Shown piece after piece: positions 1 to 11,749 of a DNA stretch of 32,216 nucleotides. The stretch's first letter is position 1, and each line of letters starts with the position of its first letter. Under the pieces are notes generated by a model. The model saw only the letters and a program-made list of their open reading frames with translations. It was not told where the DNA came from and made no database searches. The stretch spans positions 1 through 32,216 of the forward strand of contig NW_021826216.1 in assembly GCF_006345805.1 (NCBI RefSeq), in the 5' to 3' direction. Source of the DNA: Octopus sinensis (lineage: Eukaryota). Made by a program: the position numbers and the translations under genes.

Positions 1-1806
1 TTGCGGAGTCGATGTCGAGGGCTGAGTTATAGCCAGCAGGGCGAGCGTTGTCGTGCAGGAATGCACTCATGGAGCTCCTGTAGTGTGGCCAGTTGATCCT
101 TGAGAGACTGTAGTGTGTTGATATGCGTTCTTATTTAACAGTACTAGTGTGAATTTTGATCTCCATTGGAAAGTGGTCACTTCCGATATCGTCAAGCACT
201 GTAGGCTTTTCTATAAGGTTAGCAACAGAGTGAGAATAGATGCACAGGCATAGATTGTCCCCGCCGAAGGGTGAGAGGTGCTTCGGGTCTTCAGATGTCC
301 TGACAAAAACACCAAGTTTGTCAGTGATCTTTTTCAGTGTTCGACCATCCTGGTTGGTTAACCGAGATCCAAACGCCGTGTGCTTCGAGTTTAGGTCTCC
401 GATAAGAAGGCAGTGAGCTGTACTTGAGAATTCCACCGACCTTTAGCTAGAAGGATTCGGTTTTCACCTCAAGAGAGAGGAATTCACATAACCTGCCCTC
501 GATGATAGTGAGGTCACGGACTTGGAATTTTTCGCAATAAAAGATACTCGAACCAGTCCCTGGCGTGAACCAGGTGCCCCATTTTAGGTCCAGTGATCGA
601 TATCCGGGGAGTTCATGCGACTGGTTTTCCCTGAGCTTAGACTCGTTGACGACAATAATGTCCGGATGGCCGCTGTTTACCATCTCAACGAAGTCGTGAT
701 GCCGTCTCTTAATAGATCGAGCATTCACAGCGACGATTTTCAAGGGGACTATGTTGCTGAATTGCTCCCTCCTAGCAGGAGCTTTTGCAGCATTTCCATA
801 TCCACTCCGAGTTTAGTCAGGGCTCCTAGACAACGGCGAAAAAATTCCATTAAGGCATTCGAGTGAGCACCTTGTTGTGGCAGGGCTTTGTCATGGAGAG
901 CTTCTGCCTTCTTACGGAGGACAGCCAAGCTGTCAACTTTTGCGTTATGGTGCTCAACAGTGTTTGACTTCGTGTTGTTGTGGGGACCGGGGTCCGGCGA
1001 CGTCTGAATGCAGACATTAACCTTGGCCGGCACAGAGCTAGCAACGAACTTTCTCAGTGCACTTATGAGACGTGTGCCCAAATTGGCTGCATCTGAAGCA
1101 TTTCACGGCCGGAGGCTTGTGCCATTCACAGCGGATATGGCTGAAGCCAGCTGTGATTCCAAAGCGGATGAGGGCGTTGGCCTCAGCCCTGGAGTTCAGT
1201 GTGAGCTCCCAATCGGAATGTCAGTTCCATTGCAGGAGTATCTTTCGAACTTGAAGTCCTATTCAAGAGTTTCTCGCAAATGGAAGTTAAGGTCCTGTGT
1301 TGAGATCCAATGGAGAATTCCCTTGAGGATTAGGACTGAGGCCTTCTCAGCTACAGAGGCGAGTTTATGGCCGCCTTCGCCAAACATTTTGGTTTCAGAT
1401 AACTCTGCCTTGAATGCGGCTGCATCCTCGGCGCACCGGAATTGGAGTCGGAAAGATCCGGACTTTTGTAGAGTAATCCGAGCTTTCGACGCATTGGGGG
1501 ATTTTGAATGAAGATTGAATCTTTTGATTTTCCTCAGTGTTGGGTTTTTGATGCTGACCATATAGCAGAGGCTTAAGCTGTCACGTTAAGTTACCAGCTG
1601 ATTGGATTCGGAAGATTTTTGCGTCTTACCGGATTTTTGAGGCTTCATAGTTCTCAGAGATTCCATAGGATCTACAAGTTCCGTGGGTTCATAGAAAAGT
1701 TGTGGTTTGACAGCTGATTGTTTTTGTGCTTTCGCACGAGCTTTAACCGTTAAAAAATTTTTCTTAACCATGTTAGAATGTTATTTCAGATTTTGTCTGA
1801 AATTTT
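1..1806 (-). mobile_element. Degenerate non-LTR retrotransposon (Jockey/I-like: gag-like ORF1 plus APE endonuclease), copy 1, cut by window start
   Basis: ORF1 remnant from 1771 with a CCHC knuckle CFRCSQFGHTSHKC (~1060-1105). APE motifs VNARSI, VNESKL, IGDLNSKH, GSDHFPM (743-131). Ends at TSD copy gtactaatagga (1807-1818). Confidence 0.88.
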
Positions 1807-1823
1807 GTACTAATAGGACTATA

Positions 1824-2123
1824 CAGTCAATCCTTTATTTATTGCCACTAACGAGACCGACCAAAATGATGGTAAAAAGGGAGGTGTTAAAAAAGGAGGT
1901 TTGTTATTTTTTGTTTTCAACGAGTTTATTAGTCAATATAAAGAAAATAAGTTTTTATTGAGAGAACATTTTTAGGAAAAATAGTTAGATAATCTAATAA
2001 TGTTTTTTTCCGTTTAATGTTTTTTATGTTGTCGATAATTTTCAATGCAACAGAATTTCAATTTTTTTGATAAAAATAGAATGTGAAAAATCATAGATGG
2101 GGTAAATTAGAGAGGTTTGACTG
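1824..2123. mobile_element. pogo/Tigger-like MITE (~300 bp), degenerate TIRs
   Basis: TA|cagtcaatcctttatttattgcc ... ggtaaattagagaggtttgactg|TA, with internal degenerate inverted copies of the TIR motif at ~1871-1901. Confidence 0.65.
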
Positions 2124-2379
2124 TATCTGTGAAATCACAAATAAATTATAACCATTGACTCTCGTTTTGCTAAAATTTATACATTTTAAAGAAATATTAA
2201 ATTTTTAGCTACGCTGATTATTATTTGATTCTTGTTTTAAGTCTAAAAAATCTATTTATCAAAAACTGTATTAACACGGCATTAAACAATTGGGCAAAGA
2301 TAAATGAAAAAATAATCGAAGAATCTGACGAAAAGGTATTCAATTTGATTTGATTCATTCTCGAAATTTGGTTGGACGC

Positions 2380-3100
2380 ACAATTTTTGTCCAAATCAGC
2401 TATGGAAGTGTCCAATGCAATAAAATAATATTGATGTTTGGAAAAGATTTAATTCTTCACACGGACAATGGGGAGAAATTTGTCAATGACAAGATTGCCT
2501 GATTATGTGAGGAGTACATAATGAAACCTCTGAGGGGTCATGCAAAATGCCTTTAGGTGCAGGGGCAAATAGAAAAACTACACCAATCCTTGAAATATAT
2601 TTTGTCTCCTCCACTTGTTTGTCCGATAACCTCAATTATAAATGGATTTCAATAATAAACAGGATAACCAGTTCCTATAACTCAGCGTCGTATGCACCGT
2701 TCAGAATTATGTTTGACGAAAATGCCAATCAGTCGATGAATATGTATTATACGAAAGAAGAAATTGATCAATTATTCACGGAATTGGATCGATTCAAACT
2801 GAATAAAAAATGATTTTGACATGGTTTTTTACCAAAAGAACAAGTATAAAGGCTGTCCACTGCTCAGATGTGGCTGAACAAAAAATCTTTTAAAAAGGAT
2901 TTGAAAGAATGATATCTCTGTGTTAAAAATTGAGGACGGGGTTCTCCGAAGAGGTAGACTGACACAAATAAAAAAATTCGGAAGCTTTCTTTAAATGAAA
3001 AAATAGATTACCAGGGTATATTATGTACAAAAATTCTCACCTACTGGTATGGTAATAATAAAGTCTAAAGATAGCACTTGTTTGTTTTGTTCTAAATAAA
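2380..3100 (+). pseudogene. Decayed rve-type integrase remnant (Ginger/Gypsy-like)
   Basis: Manual translation KSAMEVSNAI..MFG..LILHTDNGEKFVN..LCEE..VQGQIEKLHQSLK matches the integrase D..E core. Contains stops and frameshifts; boundaries approximate. Confidence 0.7.
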
Positions 3101-3700
3101 TTTTTCTTAATGTCTTGGCTTTTTGATCTCTAATTATTGAATATGTTAGGAATGTTTAGAAATATTTACATTAAAAAATTTCAAGTGTTTTTGATTTGGG
3201 ATGTTCCAGTTTTTAAGCTAAGAGGCAAGGGTTTTTGGAAAAGCAAGCTTAGTGCTTTATTTGAAAAATGTCTCAATACATATCTTTGAACTTTGTGCAG
3301 AGTGACACGAAAAATACATCGGTGGCAACTCAGGACTGACTTTATGTGTTGCATCAATCGTGCCATATTGTGCGTAAGGCTCCAGAGAAAATAAACGAGA
3401 CTTTTCTCTATTTGTACTCAACACAGACAACGCAAGAAGAAATCACGCAGAAGCTCAGGCCATAGAGTAAGTGGAGGGCAAACATTTCCGCAAAGATAGC
3501 TGGAAGAAAAACCGAGCTGCAAGCGCTGACTAGGCACATTAATGATGTGAGCAATGGAGTCAAGATTTGGGTCAAGTGAGTACTGTACCTTGTCGAGCAC
3601 GAGCTGCCAGATGGGATTTTAATGAGTTGAGTCGTGTCTGGGCAGAGGGGAAGCTGATTTTCGTTTATTGAAAGAAGTTCTCAAATAATTGCAGACTGTT

Positions 3701-3913
3701 CTATCGCCTACTGCACGGAGATACTTTCTTGAAATTTAATTGGAGGTCTACCAGATTTTCCATTTCCTTCACTGTGAGCGCCCAAGAGGAGTTATAGAGT
3801 AGGACTGGTTTTACGAACATATTACAAAGTTTGATTTTTAAAGACGCAGAAATGCTCCTGAAGAGCTCCAAAAACTTATTGCTTACATTAAACAACATAT
3901 GGTTGAGAGGCAA
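3701..3913 (-). pseudogene. RTE-like reverse transcriptase C-terminal remnant
   Basis: IKLCNMFVKPVLLYNSSW resembles LRMYEAFVKPILTYNSATW of the RT element at 19227-19661. Confidence 0.55.
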
Positions 3914-4015
3914 ACAACTCAGGACTTAGTTAGGGAATTAATTAGTTTTTTTATTAATAAAAAATATTTTTAGAATAGCCGCTTATATTGATTATACAAA
4001 GTATTAACAATTCAA

Positions 4016-5192
<1,177 letters not shown>

Positions 5193-5299
5193 ATACTACT
5201 AATTCATTGAAGGATAACAACAAGCTAAAAATAAAGTTAACCAAATGACGTTTTCTTTTTCTGTATTTTGATTAAGACTCAATAATCTTTTCATTGTTC

Positions 5300-5700
5300 A
5301 TTATTTGTCTCCCAGGGTTATCGGTGAGTGTAGCCGGAGTATTTTATGTTTAATGACTTTACATATTTTCTGAAGTTTGATGTCACAAGACCATTTATGT
5401 AAAAACAATTGGAGCTACCTTGACACTCGCATGGAATATCATCTCTAATTCCTTTGCCAAGAGATCATATTTTATTAGCTTTTCTAATTCCAATTATTGT
5501 AAGTTTTCTGTTGACGTTTTCTTTACTTCAAAAAGAATATACGGTTATGTTTCTTATCAAACATAATAGATCCGGCTTATTATCTCCAAGAATTGTCTTA
5601 AAGAGTGTTCACTGCCCGATTCTGAATCTATCTGACGTCAATAAGACGAAATCTCTGGAATCTGATGGACAAGGATTGTTTGAGGATCGCAATTTTTTCC
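5300..5700 (-). mobile_element. Decayed REL-endonuclease fragment of a NeSL/R2-like non-LTR element
   Basis: Frames give DNKPDLIMFDKK and EKLIKYDLLAKELEMIFHASVKVAPIV, the same family as 24512-25260. Confidence 0.65.
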
Positions 5701-5719
5701 GTGTGGGTTGAAGATCTGC

Positions 5720-6270
5720 TAGGCCCACAAATGCCACCGCAGGGGGAACTGTTGACGAATACGACTTGCACCCTCTCGCTTCCTGTCAGAGTGCTGGTAA
5801 ACTCAACGTTATCATACAGAGAACCCTAGCTTTTGCAGGTGTCCCGTTAATCTTCGAACCATTTGACTGAATAGAGAAGACGGCAAATGCCCAGACGGCC
5901 TGTCCGCGTTTTCATACGAGACAAGGAAATCCCTTATTTTTGATTCTACTTGCTTAGACACATTTTCGCGCGAATATCTCGCTTAGTCACCTGTCGATCC
6001 TGGGCACGCTTCAGGGCAAGACAAGAATCACAGGATTCTCAAGAACGGCCACTTTTAAAACTCGATGTCCAAGTGCTTTGGAGTCCTCCAGCATTTTCTG
6101 CCTTTAAACGCTTTGGTTTCTTGCTTGCTCGGTTGCCGGGTATCAAAAATAAGACTACTCGAGAAAGTCATCTTGGCTTTTGAAACGTCTATCGATCGCT
6201 GTGATCTGTGACAAAAGCTTTGCTATTTGCAAGGGTAGTCGAGCGTCTAGTAAAGCCTTTAACTAGTTTC
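5720..6270 (+). mobile_element. Decayed CRE-like non-LTR 3' fragment (zinc finger plus REL)
   Basis: PHKC..LHPL..EP..DGKCPDGL..LIFDSTCLDTF, homologous to the C-terminal half of ORF 20479-21492. Confidence 0.72.
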
Positions 6271-6449
6271 TCATTTTATCTAAAAATTTTTCAAACATTT
6301 CACTATATCAATAATCTAATTTAAAGAAGTTAACAAATCAATTATCTCTTTTAACAAATTCATTCGTCACTGATCAACAGCTAATTTAATCCCAATCTAC
6401 CTCGTAATAAATTTATCTGTAAAATAAGATAATTTTTTTTAGTATGAAT

Positions 6450-6675
6450 AGTTATTACAAAAAAAAGAATTCGGTCAAGTGTTGAAAGCTTCATGGACGG
6501 GAAGCCGGCGCGATCGAGAAAGAATTAGAGCGTACTATCGCGAGGATATCCGCTCGTAAAACCATCTTGATTCGCGGGCGTCGCCTGTGAGAGCAAACAT
6601 GCGGGACCCGATATCCTGAACGAAGTTGATTGCCTTACTGCCCAAGGAACTGGAAGTCTCAACTGCGATAAGATA
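6450..6675 (-). mobile_element. CRE-like non-LTR extreme 3' fragment
   Basis: IAVETSSSLGSKAINFVQDIGSRMFALTGDARESRWFYERIS aligns with IAVETSGVIG...WLYQRISIAI of ORF 20479. Confidence 0.7.
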
Positions 6676-6802
6676 AATAAACTTTCGTGGTTCTCTTGCT
6701 ATTATTTTGTCCTTCCTCAGAGTATTTGTTTTCTGTCATCTCATCATGTCTCCTCTTCATTGAGTTAGCTCCCCTTTGGCGAGTGTTCGACACTGCATAA
6801 TC

Positions 6803-7874
6803 GGTACTGTTGCATTTCATCCTGCACGAAAATAGCCTCTAAATGAATTAATGAAAATTTTTATGAATATTAAATCGAAAATTTAAATAATGGAACAATG
6901 CCGAATTTGTAAATTTTATTCTAATTTTTTTTAAAAAAAATTTGAATTTTTTAGCGGCTTAGTGGTGTCAAAACAATCCCGACAAAATTAAATCTGAGCT
7001 ATTAACGACTACCTATCTAAAAAGACACAGTTGTTGGTTAATAAAGATGCTTATCATCATTCCCTCAGTGAAAAAATCTTTATTACAATAAAAAAGGTCA
7101 GCTAGTACGAAGCGTGATATTCGCCGGACAAAATTTGACGATGACATCTATTAGCTCATCGAAGGAGTTGTCTAAATGGCTCACTTGCCTTCTCCATAAG
7201 AATTCTATAAATGTATTAGGAGTATTTAATACCTGCAAAATATGCACCCATGAAGTGACGCGGGGTCCCCCTTGTCTCTTATTGCGCCATTTTGCGCACC
7301 CCCACATTCTATATTTTCATATATAATTATTATCTGAACTCTCACATTCTGTGTATGTGCACCTGTGCTCGGATCTACAAAAAAAATACTGTGTCTGTCG
7401 AACTCCACATGTACATAAGCGAATACATGACTGTAAGGTCACTTTCGTGCCTTCGAGCCACGTACCTAAAAATAAAGTACTCTCTTATACCGTTTCTAAT
7501 AGAACTATATGTTCGACACCCACTTTTATAGCACACCCATGTTGTATTCTCCTGCTGTTGGAGAAGGGTCATAAAATGTCTGTTTTGACATTTTTTTTCT
7601 TTGAAAAAAATTCCAACCTCTTGAAGGAAGGATACTGACTTCATTTCAGTACGGGGAAGTTCATAGTCCTTCAGTTTTGCAAATTTTCGCATGACAACTG
7701 TATCATTCGTCTCCACAAGCCGGTAAAAAATTCAAATTTTTTTTAAACAAAATTAGAATAAAATTTACAAATTCGGCATTGTTCAATTATTTAAATTTTC
7801 GATTTAATATTCATAAAAATTTTCATTAATTCATTTAGAGGCTATTTTCGTGCAGGATGAAATGCAACAGTACC
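6803..7874 (-). mobile_element. Merlin (IS1016/IS1595-like) DNA transposon, internally deleted
   Basis: ~158-bp TIRs starting GGTACTGTTGCA (6803-6960 / 7717-7874) and 8-bp TSD gcataatc (6795-6802, 7875-7882). Transposase remnants HSIFFVDPSTGAHTQNV, MWGCAK, FIEFLWRR. Confidence 0.92.
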
Positions 7875-8199
7875 GCATAATCTTTGTCGAGAATCAATGC
7901 TTTAGTCATTACGTCTTCGAAACCATGTCTATATTCTACGAACATTCCTTCCAACGTCTTCTTTAATGCAATCGTTTGGATGTACGCCAGAATACTGTCT
8001 TTAATGCCAATCAAATCCATGTATATTTTAAAATACTTGGAGGTGATCGCATCCCAGGTAATGATGATCGAAAGTATTTTGACTTTGGCTTTGCAAATTG
8101 TTTCTAATTCACTTGCCAGGATATCATATTTATGAAGTTTTTCAACTTCAACTGCTTTTAAATTATCCACACACGTCACTTCAATCTCTATTAGCCATA

Positions 8200-9031
8200 C
8201 AGTCCGACCCCGAATTGGGGCAGACCCCAGGGGTGGGGCACACTCGGATTTTGGGGCACCCCGCATTTTGGGGCACTTTTTTTTGGCCAACATTTTGGCA
8301 GAGTAAAATGAAAAATCGATAAAAAATACGGAAATTTTGGGCCACTATAAAATTGTGGGGAATGATATAAAAAACACCGAGAAAGTCGTTTGTCCGAATA
8401 AATGACGATACTTTTAGCTTTAAACAGGGAAAAGAAAGAGTCAACGTGCTTCTTTGTTGCAATTCTATGGGAGAAAAACCTTTAAAGATTATTACTCAAA
8501 TTATCTGATTCAGTTTTTGTGCTTTGAGAATGATGACGGTCGATAAACAAAATAAACCTTCGTCAGGTAATTCTGCTAATTTCTAAAAGCTGAGAAAAAT
8601 TTGATCGAAGTTAACAAATTGAAAAGATTCGTGATTCCGTAAGAATTGAAGATAGCATTACAGAAGAATTAATCAACAATGCCGTAAACGAAACATTGAA
8701 TGGGGAAAATGACGAATTTGTCGATAATATTTATAACGAAGGTTTAGAAAACGATAACATGGAAACAATTCTAAGAGAAACGCAAGATTCTCTTGATCAG
8801 TTAGAGAAGAAAATTTTTCACATATCTCCTGAAATGCTCAAAGAATTTTACGATTTTCGACTTAATTTTATGAAAAATGTAAGAAGTAAAAGGAAAACTG
8901 AGGATAAATTAACTGATTATTTTTCTAAAATTGATTTTTGATGTTTAAAAATCTCTGTTTTTATTAAACCTCTGTTTTTGGGGCACCGCCGCTTTTTGGG
9001 GCACTTGGTGCCCCAATTCGGGGTCGGACTG
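8200..9031 (+). mobile_element. pogo/Tigger-like non-autonomous DNA transposon
   Basis: Near-perfect ~23-bp TIR cagtccgaccccgaattggggca with TA TSD (8198-8199, 9032-9033). Remnants KQGKERVNVLLCCNSMGEK and an acidic C-terminus ending KLTDYF. Confidence 0.92.
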
Positions 9032-9158
9032 TATCTGGTTTAATTTTTTGTCGTATAAAAAAATGTCCGGCTTGTTATATTGAATTTTTAATTCGGTATG
9101 GATAGTAGTGTCAACTCGTAATTCAGCACGATCATTGGTAATTACGGTTTGAATAGAG

Positions 9159-10933
9159 CAGGGGTGGCCAACCGGTCGATCGCGATCGACTGGTCGATCG
9201 CGGCATGTTCGTGGTCGATCGCTCGATATATAAATTGCTAATTATTTTTTTTGTATTTAAATTATTATAAAAAAAATATTTATCAATATTAAAGTAAGTA
9301 TTTTTCACGTGTCTTGTTATGAGGTAACAAAAAGTCCAAATCATATAAATTTAATGCCAAATGGGAAAAAGACTATATTTTTACGATGCACATGGAAAAA
9401 TGCACATGTATCTATGCAATAAAATCATTTCATTACCAAAAAGGGGAAATCTTTGTCGGCATTTTAATTCTTTACATCCCGAGTTCAACAAACACTTTCC
9501 TTTAAATTCCTTATTACGGGAAGAGAAAGTTGAACAATTAAAAAAATCTTTTTTTTCACAACATACAATTTTGAAAAAGTTTATTAATTCGTCCAGATCT
9601 GCAACAATTGCATCATTGCGAGTGACTCGTCTCCTCGTAAAACACAAAAAACCTTTCACTGATGGGGAAATTTTAAAATCTTGTTTTTTGGAAGCTGCCG
9701 ATTCACTATTTGATGGTATGAAAAATAAACAGGAAATTTCAAATTGCATCAAAGAGCTTCAGCCCTCAAAACAGTCAATTGTCAGAAGGGCTGAAAGCAT
9801 TTCTGAAAATCTTCTTTCGCAGTTAAAAAAGGATCTTTACGTGTTCGTGTTTTTCTCTACAGTTTGACGAATCAAACGATGCTATTGATATCGCCCAACT
9901 ATGTGTATTTTCCCGTTTAATCTTCCATGATCTAACTGTCAAGGAAGAGTTATTTGCTATTATACCTATGAAAGAAAGAACAACTGGTGAAAATATTTAT
10001 AATTCTTTCAAAACGTTTTTGTTATCATTCGAATTATTACCGTTAATGAAGAAACTTGTATCCATAACAACAGATGGAGCCCCTGCAATGATTGGGAATC
10101 AAAATGGATTTATTGCATTTTGTCGGAAAGCAAACTGAATTTTTAACCGATATTACCAGCAAACTGAATGAACTCAATTTAGAATTACAGGGAAAGAATA
10201 GATATATTATCGATATGATCAGTTCAATAAATGCTTTCATAATGAAGTTGGAATTATGGATATCTCAAATCAGAAAAAAAAAATTTACCCATTTTCCTAA
10301 CATTGAAGATGAATTCACAAAACAACTTGTGATATAAAAATCATTATGTCAATGAATTTGCTATGGTACTAGAAAAAATAATGAACGAGTTTAATAACAG
10401 ATTTAGCGATTTCAAGAAAATTACTATATTATGCAGTTTCTTTGTTTCTCCGTTCATGGATGTAGACATCGAAAATATTTCAGAAGAATTTAGCAAGATT
10501 TTGACGTTGATCGAAGAAAAAGTCAAATAGAAATTATAAATCTAAAAAATGACATCACTTTAAAATTACATTCAAATGTCAACATGTGGAAATTTATGTC
10601 TCTGGAAAAATATCCAATTTTGATTGATTCGTATCAACGAATTCTTCATGCTTTGGAAGCACATATTTATCCGAAACATCATTTTCAAGTATGAAAATGA
10701 TAAAATCTCAATACAGGACACGTTTAACGGATGACCATCTTGGGGATTGCATGAGAATAGCAATAAGCTTATACGAGCCAGAATTTGAAATAATCGCAAG
10801 TGAATTACAATGCCAAAAATCGCATTAATTTTTAATTGTAAAATAAAATTTTTGATATTAAAATATATAAGTCGATCTCCAAAAATCGCAAAATGAAAAG
10901 TAGCTCGCCGGTGAAAAAGGTTGGCCACCCCTG
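9159..10933 (+). mobile_element. hAT DNA transposon (Buster/Charlie/SPIN-like), frameshifted and internally deleted transposase
   Basis: 15-bp TIR caggggtggccaacc and 8-bp TSD gaatagag (9151-9158, 10934-10941) with central TA. Motifs KKPFTDGE, FDES.D..D.AQL, ITTDGAPAMIG, FLTDITSKLNELNLELQGK. Subterminal GGTCGATCGC x3. Confidence 0.95.
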
Positions 10934-11429
10934 GAATAGAGTGAGTCTTTAACCTTTTTGATTTTTTGAATCCAAATTTTCTGCATAGGTGCATGTGTAT
11001 GCATTTAACAATTTCGTTATGTCTCCTTGTATAATCAGAATTAAGCATTCTATTGCATCGAGTTGCCAAATGGTCGACTGTCATTTCGAACCAAGCTCGG
11101 GAAGAAAATATTCTGTCCTGCAGAAGGAAGAACATGGCTTCAGATTTAGGGAAATATTTCCTTTTACAATTCATTTTGAGGATGTCTGTAAATCGAAAGT
11201 CTCATTATAAAGTGATTCAAATAATTTTGAATGGAGACTTTTCTTTTTAATAGTCGATAAGAGACACTCAATCTGCAGACTCTTTAGTGTCTGTTCAATG
11301 TGCTGGTTGATTCATATTTTATTTGCAAGAATTCTGTAATTGTGGCCATATGTGACTTTTTTGTTATTCTGTCTTCTTAGTCGTAGTTAAAAAATTAGGA
11401 ACATTATTAAATCTAATTGATTTTACACT

Positions 11430-11494
11430 ATGGCCCACGGTCATCTACCAAATATTCTATCCGGCCCGCGTTGTCAAAAGTTTGGAGACCCCTG
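11430..11494 (+). mobile_element. Solo end of a second hAT element
   Basis: ggcccgcg..aaagtttggagacccctg is a typical hAT terminus, and the flank ttctatat has a central TA. No partner TIR seen; adjacent retroelement RT sequence is missing. Confidence 0.6.
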
Positions 11495-11749
11495 TTCTAT
11501 ATTAACAGTTCCTAGCTGTTTTTTTCCCAATCTCAAAGAGACTTTCCAGTTTGGAATAATTGACATAATAAAACTAGTTATCCAATTAGGCAGTCCAGAG
11601 TTTTCGAGGATTTCAACAAGAAAGTCATGGCTAACTGAGTCAAATGCTTTCTGGACGTCGATCCATGCACAAAATAATTTATTTAAACTACTATTTTAGA
11701 GTTTAACAAAAAAGTGAGTTTTAGTATAAACTTCTATTTTTGAAATTTA

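Larger units (their letters stand above)
6680..11720 (-). mobile_element. NeSL/R2-like REL non-LTR retrotransposon, interrupted by four DNA transposons
   Basis: RT motif WIDVQKAFDSVSH (~11630-11670), then LQDR..VDHLATRC..YTRRHNE. KRLKTHSI|QTVIT reads across the hAT, YDKKLNQI|WLIE across the pogo, then EKLHKYDILASEL..ITWD, and DKDYA|VSN across the Merlin. Confidence 0.88.

Noticed and set aside
1008-1511. 167-aa plus-strand ORF open in both copies (also 27730-28233)
   Set aside because: Antisense to LINE ORF1 in GC-richer sequence, with no recognisable motif.
2495-2560. TGA and TAG at R-like and Q-like positions of the integrase remnant
   Set aside because: Dead TE with other C>T changes and frameshifts. 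This is ordinary decay, and it shows that C>T nonsense changes arise readily here.
8200-8285. Repeated TGGGGCA motifs, G-quadruplex-like or CRISPR-like
   Set aside because: Subterminal transposase-binding repeats of the pogo element, mirrored at 8975-9031.
9174-9225. Repeated palindromic GGTCGATCGC units
   Set aside because: Subterminal repeats of the hAT element, not a CRISPR array or independent regulatory element.
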